16,389 nt of DNA, from IMG/VR virus record IMGVR_UViG_3300043466_002831, positions 121,364 to 137,752 of that record. The stretch is one strand, 5' to 3'. Of this stretch, positions 1-8,999 are shown piece after piece. The notes below the pieces were generated by a model. It had not been told where the DNA came from. It ran no database searches and saw only the letters and a list, made by a program, of their open reading frames with translations. The stretch is from a virus. Lineage: Duplodnaviria > Heunggongvirae > Uroviricota > Caudoviricetes. Position 1 is the stretch's first letter. Each line of letters begins with the position of its first letter. The position numbers and the translations under genes are program-made.

Positions 1-138
1 CATGACTTCGTAAAAACCAAGTTCGCTACATTTTACGGTTGATACATTGTGAAATGTTTCTAATACTTGGGAATTTCCTCTTGGACCGTCTAATAGTTTA
101 ACAATTTTTGTTGTTGTGTTGAATGTAAGTGTTTGCAT
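1..138 (-). CDS. Hypothetical protein, partial (runs off the window edge)
   Basis: ATG at 138; open for 46 codons (MQTLTFNTTTKIVKLLDGPRGNSQVLETFHNVSTVKCSELGFYEVM...), 5 nt after the stop of the upstream gene. Confidence 0.7.
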   Translation of the reverse strand, partial: MQTLTFNTTTKIVKLLDGPRGNSQVLETFHNVSTVKCSELGFYEVM

Positions 139-143
139 ATATG

Positions 144-554
144 TTATTTTAATTTTATTTCAAATCGGTCTTCCATGATTTGTACTTTATCTGCAGGAAC
201 CCCATGGACGTTGGTTCCCCCGTGTCTGTTTTCAACAATAATGGTATGAACTTTATATCCGTATCGTCTTGCGATATTACGATAGAATTTCATCTCCCAA
301 TCTTGTGTGAATGTGTTTGACACTACAATATTATTAAAGAAAATTGAATTAAACAAATTTTCTCTCATTCTATTTGCAACTCTTTGTTTGCAATCATTGT
401 GAGCGTCTTTTAATTTTGTTGGGTCAAAGTTATATTTTCCCCTTTTCATAAAATACTGGTCAGCCTCAAATACTTGATATGATTTGGCAATTGACCTTGC
501 AAATGTAGATTTACCTGAACCAGGTAATCCTCTAACTATGTATAGATTTTTCAT
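144..554 (-). CDS. P-loop kinase, AAA_33 / polynucleotide-kinase-like
   Basis: N-terminal LYIVRGLPGSGKST Walker A, EAD, VVSNTF and HGVP motifs typical of the Pnk/N4BP2-like kinase domain. Confidence 0.85.
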   Translation of the reverse strand: MKNLYIVRGLPGSGKSTFARSIAKSYQVFEADQYFMKRGKYNFDPTKLKDAHNDCKQRVANRMRENLFNSIFFNNIVVSNTFTQDWEMKFYRNIARRYGYKVHTIIVENRHGGTNVHGVPADKVQIMEDRFEIKLK

Positions 555-720
555 AATTTTGTCTTCCTTTACATTTTGTTTTTTCGGTTATGTTCCAGAG
601 TTCTTTTCCTCCGTTAACCATGTGACAATTGTGAGGTTTATCCGTTCTTTTGGAAAACCCCACGATTGTATCGTTGTGTTTATTTTTTACCACCCAAGGA
701 CATTCTTTACAGCTCGTCAT
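532..720 (-). CDS. Small Cys/His metal-binding hypothetical protein
   Basis: CKECPW...HNCH...C motif; alternative start at 738; overlaps both neighbours as in a coupled operon. Confidence 0.6.
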   Translation of the reverse strand: MTSCKECPWVVKNKHNDTIVGFSKRTDKPHNCHMVNGGKELWNITEKTKCKGRQNYEKSIHS

Positions 721-1063
721 ATTTTTCAAGTTGTCCATATTTTTCTTTTGCTTCGTTTATACCCCAAATATCAAAAAAATCTGATTCACAATGTTCAACA
801 CCAGCATTCAATCGAATGCTGATGTCGTTTCTTGTCTCCAAAGATAACATTTCCGCAAGAATTTCCCAATTTAATACATGAAACATTTTAACCATCATCA
901 TGTAATTTGAATAATTGTTCTCCAAATCTTTGATTTGATTAATCTTTTCAGTTGCGTATCCAAATTGGTCGTCAAATAAACCCCAAGCTTTAATACATAC
1001 TCCTTTCAACTCATCGAAGTATTCTTGTTTTGGTTGTTTATAATAATATTCAATCTTAATCAT
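707..1063 (-). CDS. Hypothetical protein
   Basis: 118 aa ORF; ATGA start/stop overlap with the phosphoesterase gene at 1060-1063. Confidence 0.75.
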   Translation of the reverse strand: MIKIEYYYKQPKQEYFDELKGVCIKAWGLFDDQFGYATEKINQIKDLENNYSNYMMMVKMFHVLNWEILAEMLSLETRNDISIRLNAGVEHCESDFFDIWGINEAKEKYGQLEKYDEL

Positions 1064-1722
1064 CCTTGGTCTTTGTTTTCAATTTCGTCTGTGTGGTGGT
1101 CGTTTTCCATTTCTGAAAGACGCTCACGTTTAATTAACATTGGAACCACTTCACGAATAATGTTGTATGGACGAAACTCAGGATGTCCATCCATACCAAC
1201 ATCCATTCGTTGTCCTTTACCAAAACGTAAGTTTGTTGGTAAGTGACAGTGTCCGTGAAGGTGCATTACACCCTTGTTTAATCCGTCCCAAGAACTGATT
1301 GGGTAGTGCATCAAACGGAATGTGTGGTCAGCAATTTTTAAAGTGTTGTAGTGAGAAACACTTTTGAAATAACCCTGACATCCTTGTCGGTTGTTCTCGA
1401 TGTGGTGGTCGTGGTTTCCAAGAACCAAGTGAATGTTTTTACAAACGATTCGGTCCCAAAACTCTTTGATGGATTCAAACCCACCAAATGACCAGTCACC
1501 AAGACAAATCAAGATGTCGTCTTGCATCACCTTCTCGTTTATATTATTAACAATTGTGGCGTTCATCCCATCCAAAGTTTGGAAATTACGAGTTTGCCCA
1601 ATTGGAATTGAACCATCTGGCATACGCCAGTTTGTCGTACCACGACAGATGTTCTTATGGTTATAATGTGGGTCCGAGAAAATCCACACATTACCTTTGA
1701 AATCTTTATCAATCTTAATCAT
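1060..1722 (-). CDS. Calcineurin-like metallophosphoesterase
   Basis: Motifs DPH, LGD, GNHD, HYP and HGHCH in the canonical order. Confidence 0.92.
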   Translation of the reverse strand: MIKIDKDFKGNVWIFSDPHYNHKNICRGTTNWRMPDGSIPIGQTRNFQTLDGMNATIVNNINEKVMQDDILICLGDWSFGGFESIKEFWDRIVCKNIHLVLGNHDHHIENNRQGCQGYFKSVSHYNTLKIADHTFRLMHYPISSWDGLNKGVMHLHGHCHLPTNLRFGKGQRMDVGMDGHPEFRPYNIIREVVPMLIKRERLSEMENDHHTDEIENKDQG

Positions 1723-2236
1723 AACACAAATCTAATATTTTTTCTTCAAACCAAAAAGGTTTTTCTCTATTTTTCCAAACTGCGAACGAAGCTTTTGCTC
1801 CACGGTAGTAATTTCTATAAGATTCCACCACAGAATCTACTTTATATTCGTCAGGCATTGCCTTCGGAGGTTCGGTGTAACCAATGTCTTGAATACTTGG
1901 TTTATTGGTCACACACCATTCGATTACATCCTGAGATTTATGTCTCTTTCCATAACGATAGGTGTATTCATAACACAACTCCAAACCAAGTTCACATAAC
2001 ACCAAATAATTGGTTAATGACTCACGAGCCCAAATTGCACAAGGGTGATTTTTGTGAGACAATTTGTATGGGACTTGGGGGGCGACTTGGGGGGCGACTT
2101 GGGGGGCGACTTGGGGGGTCATATGATGAACCCCACATAAAAGTTGAGCCGTTTCCAAAATCATTTTTACCACGTGCTTATCACAATGATATTGAGCACA
2201 TTTTTTAATATCGTCGTCAAGGAAAAAGATGTTCAT
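1715..2236 (-). CDS. Pyrimidine-dimer DNA glycosylase / endonuclease V-like protein
   Basis: MNIFFLD...CDKHVVKMILETAQLL...HKNHPCAIW...EYTYRYGKRH, a conserved phage DenV-like family. Confidence 0.75.
   Translation of the reverse strand: MNIFFLDDDIKKCAQYHCDKHVVKMILETAQLLCGVHHMTPQVAPQVAPQVAPQVPYKLSHKNHPCAIWARESLTNYLVLCELGLELCYEYTYRYGKRHKSQDVIEWCVTNKPSIQDIGYTEPPKAMPDEYKVDSVVESYRNYYRGAKASFAVWKNREKPFWFEEKILDLCYD
2072..2118 (+). repeat. 12-bp tandem repeat (GACTTGGGGGGC) x ~4, encoding (PQVA)n in the glycosylase
   Basis: Four G6 tracts at 2077-82, 2089-94, 2101-06 and 2113-18 separated by CGACTT. Confidence 0.95.
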
Positions 2237-2270
2237 AGTTGAATTTTTAATTATTCAACAAATATACAAA

Positions 2271-2528
2271 TTATTCTGTTACCAAAAAAACTGGATTCTG
2301 CTCTCCTGCGTGTAATCCCAAAATATTAAAGTCATAAAACTCAAAAGCTTCAGAATATGTCATACCGTCACGACCTATTAATATGTCAATTATTTTGGAT
2401 TTAGAGTAAAGTACTCTACGACCATTACCAAACTCTTCAACCACACCAATAATCGCATCCTCCAAACCATCCAATAATATTGCTCCTTCGGCAATTTCGT
2501 CAATATAATAATCTTCAATAGTTCCCAT
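2271..2528 (-). CDS. Conserved phage hypothetical protein
   Basis: LDGLEDAIIGV...YSKSKII...MTYSEAFEFYDFNILG...NPVF; likely start MGTIEDY at 2528 (ORF track start 2567). Confidence 0.75.
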   Translation of the reverse strand: MGTIEDYYIDEIAEGAILLDGLEDAIIGVVEEFGNGRRVLYSKSKIIDILIGRDGMTYSEAFEFYDFNILGLHAGEQNPVFLVTE

Positions 2529-2583
2529 AATGGAAACATAACCCTTATTTTTGGGTATGTCAAACAAATTGGGATTTTTATGG

Positions 2584-2591
2584 TATTTATA
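2584..2591 (+). promoter_or_regulatory. TATTTAT(A) putative phage late-type promoter motif
   Basis: TATTTAT/TATTTAA recurs just upstream of starts at 2584, 4871, 5153, 5173, 6276, 11089, 11619, 12031, 14010 (+) and 10061-68 (-); role inferred. Confidence 0.55.
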
Positions 2592-2602
2592 AATAAAAAA
2601 CT

Positions 2603-3934
2603 ATGAGAGGATATTTCGGATTAGGTCAATTATCTGCGGCTGAAAAGTCAGATATTTTAGACCAACATAAAAGTGTGTATAACGGATACCAAACAATGCA
2701 ACCACAGGTATCAAACACTCAACCATTAACAGTTTATGATTTTGCTGGAGACAAAGAAGGATTGGTTGTTAATAATAAAGGTGAGGTTAAAAAATACACA
2801 AACATGGGAATCAACGAACAAGTTGAAACAAATGAAGTTTGTGATGATTGTGGTGCAATGATTATGGATGGAATGTGTACTGAATGTAATTACGGACACA
2901 TGGAGGAAGAATACATGGAAGGTTCTAAAATGTGTGAACAATGTGGTGGTACTATGAAAGAAGATGTTTGTGAACAATGTAACATGGAAGAAGGTGTTGG
3001 TCATTTAGATGATATCTATGATGAGGAAGATTTGAATCCAAGTGCTGGTTTTGATTACATTGAAGGTTCATCAAATGACGTAGACACTTTTGAAGGAATG
3101 CACAAAAAACTTTATAAAGAACAAGACGAATTTGTCAATTACGATGAAAACATGGAAGACGATGACGATTTCCAAGATTACGAATCTTCTTATACTGAAG
3201 ATGGTGTTGAAGACCCTGATAACGAAGATGATGGATATGAAGACCTTAACGCATCAGAAGTTACTGATGGTGAATTAGATGAACTTGATATTGCTGATTT
3301 AGTTAAAGGTAAAAGATACAAATATAATCACCCATTACATGCTGATGAATTTGAATTTGATAGTGAACACAAATATCCTGAAGGTGAAGACATGTATAGT
3401 TTTAGAAGTGGAAAAACGGGATATGCTATACCAGGAAAACAGGTGAAAGATTATGTAAGTCATTTAGATGACGAAGAATTCGGTTCAATTGAAGAACAAG
3501 GTGGAAATGTTGATGACATGGATGATGACGATGTTCAACCAGCATATAATTTTGATTCTAATGGACCTGGTGATGTTTATCCTGTAAACGAATTGGATGA
3601 AGACGATATGTATTCATACGACCCTGAAAAAATGTACGAATTTGATGATATGGAATCTGCTTGGGCTGACGAAGAATTGGAAGAGCAACCAGACATCTCA
3701 GGAGTTCAAGGGATATACGGAGCAATGGACAGAGCGTATGACTTTGATAGTGATGGACCAGGTAAGGGTGGACCATACCAAGAATTTTCTTACGAAAGTG
3801 AATTAGATGAAGATGAGGAGTTTACCTCAACCGAAGATGATTTTGAAGAGGTTGATGAAGATTTAAAAGAATCCTTTGTAAATCAACGAAACAAAATTAT
3901 GGAAATGTTTAACAGATTTAATAAATTTAATTAA
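2603..3934 (+). CDS. Highly acidic protein with two tandem CxxC-x-CxxC zinc knuckles (possible virion/head-associated)
   Basis: 443 aa, very D/E-rich; CDDCG..CTEC and CEQCG..CEQC; repeated AY(N/D)FDS(N/D)GPG. Confidence 0.85.
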   Translation: MRGYFGLGQLSAAEKSDILDQHKSVYNGYQTMQPQVSNTQPLTVYDFAGDKEGLVVNNKGEVKKYTNMGINEQVETNEVCDDCGAMIMDGMCTECNYGHMEEEYMEGSKMCEQCGGTMKEDVCEQCNMEEGVGHLDDIYDEEDLNPSAGFDYIEGSSNDVDTFEGMHKKLYKEQDEFVNYDENMEDDDDFQDYESSYTEDGVEDPDNEDDGYEDLNASEVTDGELDELDIADLVKGKRYKYNHPLHADEFEFDSEHKYPEGEDMYSFRSGKTGYAIPGKQVKDYVSHLDDEEFGSIEEQGGNVDDMDDDDVQPAYNFDSNGPGDVYPVNELDEDDMYSYDPEKMYEFDDMESAWADEELEEQPDISGVQGIYGAMDRAYDFDSDGPGKGGPYQEFSYESELDEDEEFTSTEDDFEEVDEDLKESFVNQRNKIMEMFNRFNKFN

Positions 3935-3937
3935 TAT

Positions 3938-3964
3938 AAAACCCCTCAAACGAGGGGTTTTTTT
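3938..3964 (+). terminator. Intrinsic terminator
   Basis: AAAACCCCTC-AAAC-GAGGGGTTTT followed by a T tract. Confidence 0.9.
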
Positions 3965-4018
3965 ATTCTCTGTAGAATTTTGCACTTTTTCCGTATATTT
4001 CTTATTAAAATAAATGTC

Positions 4019-4318
4019 ATGGAAATTAAGGAAATTGTTTCATACTTCTTAAATGCTGAGTCAAACATTTTAGAAGTGACGTTCAGAACTATCGCGGATA
4101 GTGATGATGTTCTTAGAACCGATAATATTGATTATTCAATATCAGAAGAATACGGGTATGTTTTGGAGTCAGATTACTTCAATTTTTTTGAAGATGATGA
4201 TGAAGAAAATGATTATATGAATTTAGAACTCGAATTAGATGAGGATGTTCTCATATCATTTTTGAATGAGTATTACGAGGTTAATCCAAAGTTATTACCA
4301 AAACCTGAATACTATTAA
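4019..4318 (+). CDS. Acidic hypothetical protein
   Basis: ATG at 4019 (MEIKEIVSY...) in frame with ORF 3980..4318. Confidence 0.8.
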   Translation: MEIKEIVSYFLNAESNILEVTFRTIADSDDVLRTDNIDYSISEEYGYVLESDYFNFFEDDDEENDYMNLELELDEDVLISFLNEYYEVNPKLLPKPEYY

Positions 4319-4834
4319 CTATTGTCTTGACAAATATAGTGTTATGTGTTTCTTACTGTTAGTGTAAGTCCCTTCGTGTCTTAAAGTTAATGACATTATA
4401 CCATCATTAACTATTGTAAATGTTAATGGTTGAAATTGATTAGAACCTTTTGGTTTATATGAAAATTTAAGTATACCGCTAAAATATGCAGTATTACCGT
4501 ATATGTTTGTCCATATTTGAGTTGAATCTTCGTTACCACCGTATTCCCATTTATATTCACCCGCTTGAGTTATATTTAACAAAACAAATCTTACATCCAC
4601 ATAGCTAAATTCCATAAAAAAATTGTTAACAGGTATAGAATCAAATGGTTTTGGTAACAAGTCATTTACACAAACTCCGTCAGTATAGATACTATCGATA
4701 CCCTCGTCAGTTGTAGTGACAATTTTAGTAATATTATACATACCACTTAAAGTAACATCGCTTCGTTCAACAACATATTTCTCACAACCCGTAATGAGAA
4801 CCAAAAACATCAAGATACCAACTATTCTTTTCAT
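4319..4834 (-). CDS. Putative lipoprotein (beta-rich, lipocalin-like)
   Basis: MKR + hydrophobic stretch + lipobox LITG-C; TATCTTTG element 4 nt upstream (4839-4846, minus). Confidence 0.75.
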   Translation of the reverse strand: MKRIVGILMFLVLITGCEKYVVERSDVTLSGMYNITKIVTTTDEGIDSIYTDGVCVNDLLPKPFDSIPVNNFFMEFSYVDVRFVLLNITQAGEYKWEYGGNEDSTQIWTNIYGNTAYFSGILKFSYKPKGSNQFQPLTFTIVNDGIMSLTLRHEGTYTNSKKHITLYLSRQ

Positions 4835-4881
4835 AGGACAAAGATAAATACATTTTTCCGATTATAAAAATATTTATTGAT

Positions 4882-5145
4882 ATGAATTTAGATGTAGATT
4901 ATTTAATTGACTTTTTTACCAAAAATTCCGAATCAAGTAATGATGAAGAATTAGATGGTGAGATTGGAGAACAAGAAGGTGAGGCAGCTGCTTCATCACC
5001 CGCACCATCAACAGGTGGTGGAGGTTCTGTTCCAAAATGGGCTGATAGTTATCAGACAAAAAGAGGTAAGGCCAATATGTTAGGTAGAGCTGGCGAAAAA
5101 TGGAATACAGGTTTAGCTAGAGGCTCCGCTAATCAAATTTGGTGA
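4882..5145 (+). CDS. Hypothetical protein
   Basis: 87 aa; acidic N-terminus, Gly/Ser linker, duplicated RG(K/S)AN motif; TATTTATT upstream. Confidence 0.75.
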   Translation: MNLDVDYLIDFFTKNSESSNDEELDGEIGEQEGEAAASSPAPSTGGGGSVPKWADSYQTKRGKANMLGRAGEKWNTGLARGSANQIW

Positions 5146-5192
5146 TAGAGCATATTTATCAATATAATAATATATTTATTAGAAAAAAGATT

Positions 5193-6275
5193 ATGAAACT
5201 ACCAACTTATAGCCCAATAGAAGCTTTAAACAGAGTTAAATTAATGATGGGATACGACCCAACAAAAACTTTAACTGAAAATGAAAAATCAATTAAGACT
5301 TTAATTAAAGAAGATGATATTGATACCGATACTGAAAAATCAGTTAAAAAAGTTTTGGATTCTTGTAATTCAAGAAGTGTTGGTGAAGGTACGTTAGATG
5401 CCGCATCTATCGCAAGTGCATTTAATAAGTCATTTAATTATCAAACCGCTTATATGTTTGGAGGTACGGACGATTCTTTGTGGAGAGCACAGGCGGCAAA
5501 AATGAAAAAAGGTAACATGGATGACCTATGTAATATCAAAAAAGAGTTTGAAGATTTAGGTTATGGTGATTTTGCTCAAAAATTAGTTGATGAATTAGAC
5601 GATGAAGAATTGGCAGAATTAATGGAAGCATTCGCAGCGATGAATTACAAAACTAAAAAAGAAAGTAACTTGAGAGTTGATAGTACTGAACAAAAAAATA
5701 TTAATGAATTTAAGGCTAAATTCCGTTGTGTGTTTGACTCAGACTCTAATGTTGACCAAAAAGTATATTTAAATCAAAACAGATATACTTTCATTAAAGT
5801 TAGAGGTAATTCAGGTAGAGTTTATCAATTATTCTATGATGGAGCGTTAAAAGATTGGAATGGTACAAAATGGGTTGATAGTGGTAAATCGTTAAATTGT
5901 AATGGAAGACAAGTTGTTGTTGAATCACAAGAAAAAAAAAGCTTAACTGAAGATTTTGATGACAGTGGGATTAGAGTTAAAACCCCAACTCCAACAGGTG
6001 GAGGCGGAGGTGGTGGAGGAACAAGACCAGCACCTGCATATCGTAACTGTACTGGAACATATAAAAAAGGATGTAAATCTGATGTAATTGCAAAAGTACA
6101 AGGATGTTTAGGATTGACAGCTGACGGTAAATACGGAAATAACACACATACTAAACTTAGTGGTATGGGATTCGCATCATTTACTGATTCTGATGTTGAT
6201 AAAATTTGTAATATACCAGCACCAGAAGTAAGTGGTGAAATTATAAAAATTGACCCGTCGAATACCGACTTTTAA
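5193..6275 (+). CDS. Hypothetical protein with C-terminal peptidoglycan-binding-like domain
   Basis: Start MKLPTY at 5193; P/G-rich linker then IAKVQGCLGLTADGKYGNNT, resembling the PG_binding_1 Q..LG...DG..G..T motif. Confidence 0.7.
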   Translation: MKLPTYSPIEALNRVKLMMGYDPTKTLTENEKSIKTLIKEDDIDTDTEKSVKKVLDSCNSRSVGEGTLDAASIASAFNKSFNYQTAYMFGGTDDSLWRAQAAKMKKGNMDDLCNIKKEFEDLGYGDFAQKLVDELDDEELAELMEAFAAMNYKTKKESNLRVDSTEQKNINEFKAKFRCVFDSDSNVDQKVYLNQNRYTFIKVRGNSGRVYQLFYDGALKDWNGTKWVDSGKSLNCNGRQVVVESQEKKSLTEDFDDSGIRVKTPTPTGGGGGGGGTRPAPAYRNCTGTYKKGCKSDVIAKVQGCLGLTADGKYGNNTHTKLSGMGFASFTDSDVDKICNIPAPEVSGEIIKIDPSNTDF

Positions 6276-6287
6276 TATTTAAAAAAA

Positions 6288-7550
6288 ATGAAATTTAATT
6301 TAACAGAAGGAGAAGTTAAAAATATCTTAGAGATGCACTCTAAGGTAAAAGAAGATAATAAAGTTATTTCTGAGCAAGTTACTAATTTAGCCAATATGAG
6401 TGGTGTTGAGTTAGCTAACATGAGAAGAGGTAGCAAATTGGCATTTGATACGAGTTATAATGGATTAAGTGCACTTCAGAAAAAAATAGTTGATGATAAA
6501 TTGGCAGGCAAACTTGCAACAAGTACAGGTCAATCAACTAATACAAACGCAGGAAGTCCAACTAATACCAACACAGGTACTCAGTCATATGGGACAAACA
6601 CAGGAGAACCTGAATTAACTCTTCAAGAAAAACTACAAGCATTGATTGATGATGGTTGTGTTAAGAATGGTGTTGTAGTTCAAATGGGTTCAACAAATCC
6701 TAATAAGCAATATGCAATCAAACAACAAAGTACATTAAATCCTAACAAATCTAGATATTTCTTTATTGATAATACTTACGGAACTGTAGTTGACGGTAAA
6801 TTTAAATACGGAACTGAAAAATGGGAATGTAATTCTAATAGAATTAAATCTGACAAAGAAAAACAAGCTAAAGATAAAGCAGGGTCTGAAAGTCAAAAAG
6901 CGGCAACAGATGCTAATATAGAAAATTTGAAAAAAGAAGGTGGTTGGAAAACTTACGATGAGTTAATTGCTACCGAAACAAAGGAAAATATTAACAACCC
7001 TGCGATGTATGAAAAGAAAATTGTTGATGGTGTTACTTTATATAGAAGAACTTCAGGTAGAGGAATAACTAGTGGTTTAGATAAAAGACAACAAGAAGTT
7101 ATATCTCAATTTAAGGCTAAAGGTGCTAAATTAGAAAATGAGGTAACGGCATTAGAGGCAAAGGCTTGGACAAGAAAATTAGTTAGTCCTAAATCTGATG
7201 GATTATTCTCTGAAGATTTATTTATGTATTTCCCACCAAACACAATTTCAAATACTGATATAACAACAGCATTTGAAGATGCAGTTAGAGACCAAACACC
7301 TGAAAGTCCTGAAGATTGTAAGAAAGCAATTGAGGCATACTATATGGCGTTTAAGAAGAAAAAAGTATTTACTGATGATGTACTTAGTTCGATGAAAGAA
7401 AAAGTACAGGCATGTAAAAATGAATTTTACGGTTCATGGGGGGCATTTGGAGGTGGAAAAACTATTGATGGTTACTTAAACATGTTAAGTGGTAAAGCGT
7501 CAGGTGGACCATCTTCATATGGTGAAGATTCAAAATGGAGACTTAAATAA
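6288..7550 (+). CDS. Hypothetical protein (possible virion-associated)
   Basis: 420 aa ORF; N-terminal LTEGEVKNILEMH motif; T/N-rich linker. Confidence 0.85.
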   Translation: MKFNLTEGEVKNILEMHSKVKEDNKVISEQVTNLANMSGVELANMRRGSKLAFDTSYNGLSALQKKIVDDKLAGKLATSTGQSTNTNAGSPTNTNTGTQSYGTNTGEPELTLQEKLQALIDDGCVKNGVVVQMGSTNPNKQYAIKQQSTLNPNKSRYFFIDNTYGTVVDGKFKYGTEKWECNSNRIKSDKEKQAKDKAGSESQKAATDANIENLKKEGGWKTYDELIATETKENINNPAMYEKKIVDGVTLYRRTSGRGITSGLDKRQQEVISQFKAKGAKLENEVTALEAKAWTRKLVSPKSDGLFSEDLFMYFPPNTISNTDITTAFEDAVRDQTPESPEDCKKAIEAYYMAFKKKKVFTDDVLSSMKEKVQACKNEFYGSWGAFGGGKTIDGYLNMLSGKASGGPSSYGEDSKWRLK

Positions 7551-7558
7551 TATTTGAT

Positions 7559-8206
7559 ATGTTAGAGAAAAAAATAAGAAGGTCAATTATTGAGGCTAAA
7601 GAACAAAAAGAAAGACAATTGATTGAAACTCATTTAGTCAAGAGTAGACTTTCTGTTCTTGTTGAACACATTCAATCTGAAGAAGATTTTAATAATTTAT
7701 CTGAAAGTAAAAGAATACAATTATCTTTTAATATTTTACAAGAACTTTCTTATTTAGAGTCGAGTGGATTATTATCAGAACAAAATTTGAGTGGAGTGTT
7801 TAAGTCTTTATTCGGAGGATTGTTTGGTAATGTAACTCAAACAGTATTTGAACCTTTAATTGGTAAATTAATTTATCCGTTGTTTGGTCAAGGATTCCTT
7901 TCTAATTTTATCATTTCATACTTAACATCAAGACCGTCAGAAGTAATTAGGGCAATGTCAGATTGTAAATTAATGACAAAATTAGTCGCTGAAAGTGTTG
8001 TTGAAGGTATGATTATGTCATTGCAAAGACAAAAAGGGTTTGATGCTCCTGGGTATTCATTTTTAAGAAACACTCTTGGTGATGTCATCAAAGGAACAGG
8101 ATTTGTTTCAGGTATTGAAAACAGTATCTCTAATACAATCTGTAGTCTTTTTGGAAAATTTGCAGACAATGCTGAAAAAGTTAAATCTAAATTAAAAACA
8201 TCTTAA
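7559..8206 (+). CDS. Hypothetical protein
   Basis: 215 aa ORF contiguous with the upstream gene; helical, with amphipathic/hydrophobic segments. Confidence 0.85.
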   Translation: MLEKKIRRSIIEAKEQKERQLIETHLVKSRLSVLVEHIQSEEDFNNLSESKRIQLSFNILQELSYLESSGLLSEQNLSGVFKSLFGGLFGNVTQTVFEPLIGKLIYPLFGQGFLSNFIISYLTSRPSEVIRAMSDCKLMTKLVAESVVEGMIMSLQRQKGFDAPGYSFLRNTLGDVIKGTGFVSGIENSISNTICSLFGKFADNAEKVKSKLKTS

Positions 8207-8283
8207 TTTAGAAAAAGAGATTCACAGGGTGAAGACCCTTGAATATAAATGAGAACTAAAACAAAAGGGGGTGTTCCAAATCT

Positions 8284-8317
8284 CAAAAAAAGAAGGGTTA
8301 ATTACCCTTCTTTTTTG
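8284..8317. terminator. Bidirectional intrinsic terminator between convergent units
   Basis: A7-GAAGGGT-TAATT-ACCCTTC-T6; overlaps the clpP stop codon. Confidence 0.85.
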
Positions 8318-8978
8318 TTTTAACAATCTCGTCAATGATTCCGTATTCAAGAGCGTCGTCCGCACTTAACCACAAATCACGAGTGGCGTCTAAAGTAACT
8401 TGTTCTGTAGTTTTACCACAATAAGAACCCAACAAATCAAAAAGAATTTTATTTGTTTTTTCCCATTCAATCATATTGATACGAGCGTCTTGGATATTAC
8501 CATAAGCCCCACCTGATGATTGATGTAACATTGTTCTGGAGAAACGTAATGATGAACGTTTACCCTTTGTTCCCGCTCCTAACAGAACTGAACCCATTGA
8601 TGCCGCCATACCTGTATTTACGGTACGAATATCACAAGAGATGTATTCCATAACATCAACCATGGATAGACCTGATTTAACACTTCCTCCTGGTGAGTCA
8701 ATGTGCATTGTAATGTCAGATTTATCACTTGAATCTAAGAACATCAATTGTGCTTGCACGATTGTTGACATGCGGTCATTGACTGGACCTGCAACCCATA
8801 ACAATCTGTCTCTCATTAATCTTGAGAAGATGTCCATTTGAGTTGCTCTCATCTCTCTTTCTTCCAAAATGTATGGTGTCATTGATGATTCGATTTGTTG
8901 TGAGAAATAATCTAAATGTGAAGATGGTTTCCCTAAGTGTTTTGTGTAATAAGCTTGAAATTCTTTTCCGTAATCCAT
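8298..8978 (-). CDS. clpP: ATP-dependent Clp protease proteolytic subunit
   Basis: DIFSRLMRDR, SPGGSV, AASMG (Ser), MLHQ (His), RDLW (Asp); Bacteroidota-like N-terminal extension MDYGKEF. Confidence 0.97.
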   Translation of the reverse strand: MDYGKEFQAYYTKHLGKPSSHLDYFSQQIESSMTPYILEEREMRATQMDIFSRLMRDRLLWVAGPVNDRMSTIVQAQLMFLDSSDKSDITMHIDSPGGSVKSGLSMVDVMEYISCDIRTVNTGMAASMGSVLLGAGTKGKRSSLRFSRTMLHQSSGGAYGNIQDARINMIEWEKTNKILFDLLGSYCGKTTEQVTLDATRDLWLSADDALEYGIIDEIVKTKKKGN

Positions 8979-8999
8979 GTTTAGTATTTTAGTGTGGTA

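Noticed and set aside
484-1666. Plus-strand ORFs 484-822, 666-881, 1025-1246 and 1433-1666
   Set aside because: Antisense shadows of well-supported minus-strand genes; no motifs
1657-2208. 183-aa plus-strand ORF with GGRL repeats
   Set aside because: Antisense to the glycosylase gene; the repeat is the same 12-mer read on the other strand
2726-3806. Alternate-frame and antisense ORFs within the acidic protein gene
   Set aside because: Explained by the codon bias of the main ORF
8217-8323. Structured 3' UTR and mini-ORF MRTKTKGGVPNLKKRRVNYPSFLF (from 8249)
   Set aside because: The ORF runs through the terminator and the helices are short; not enough support
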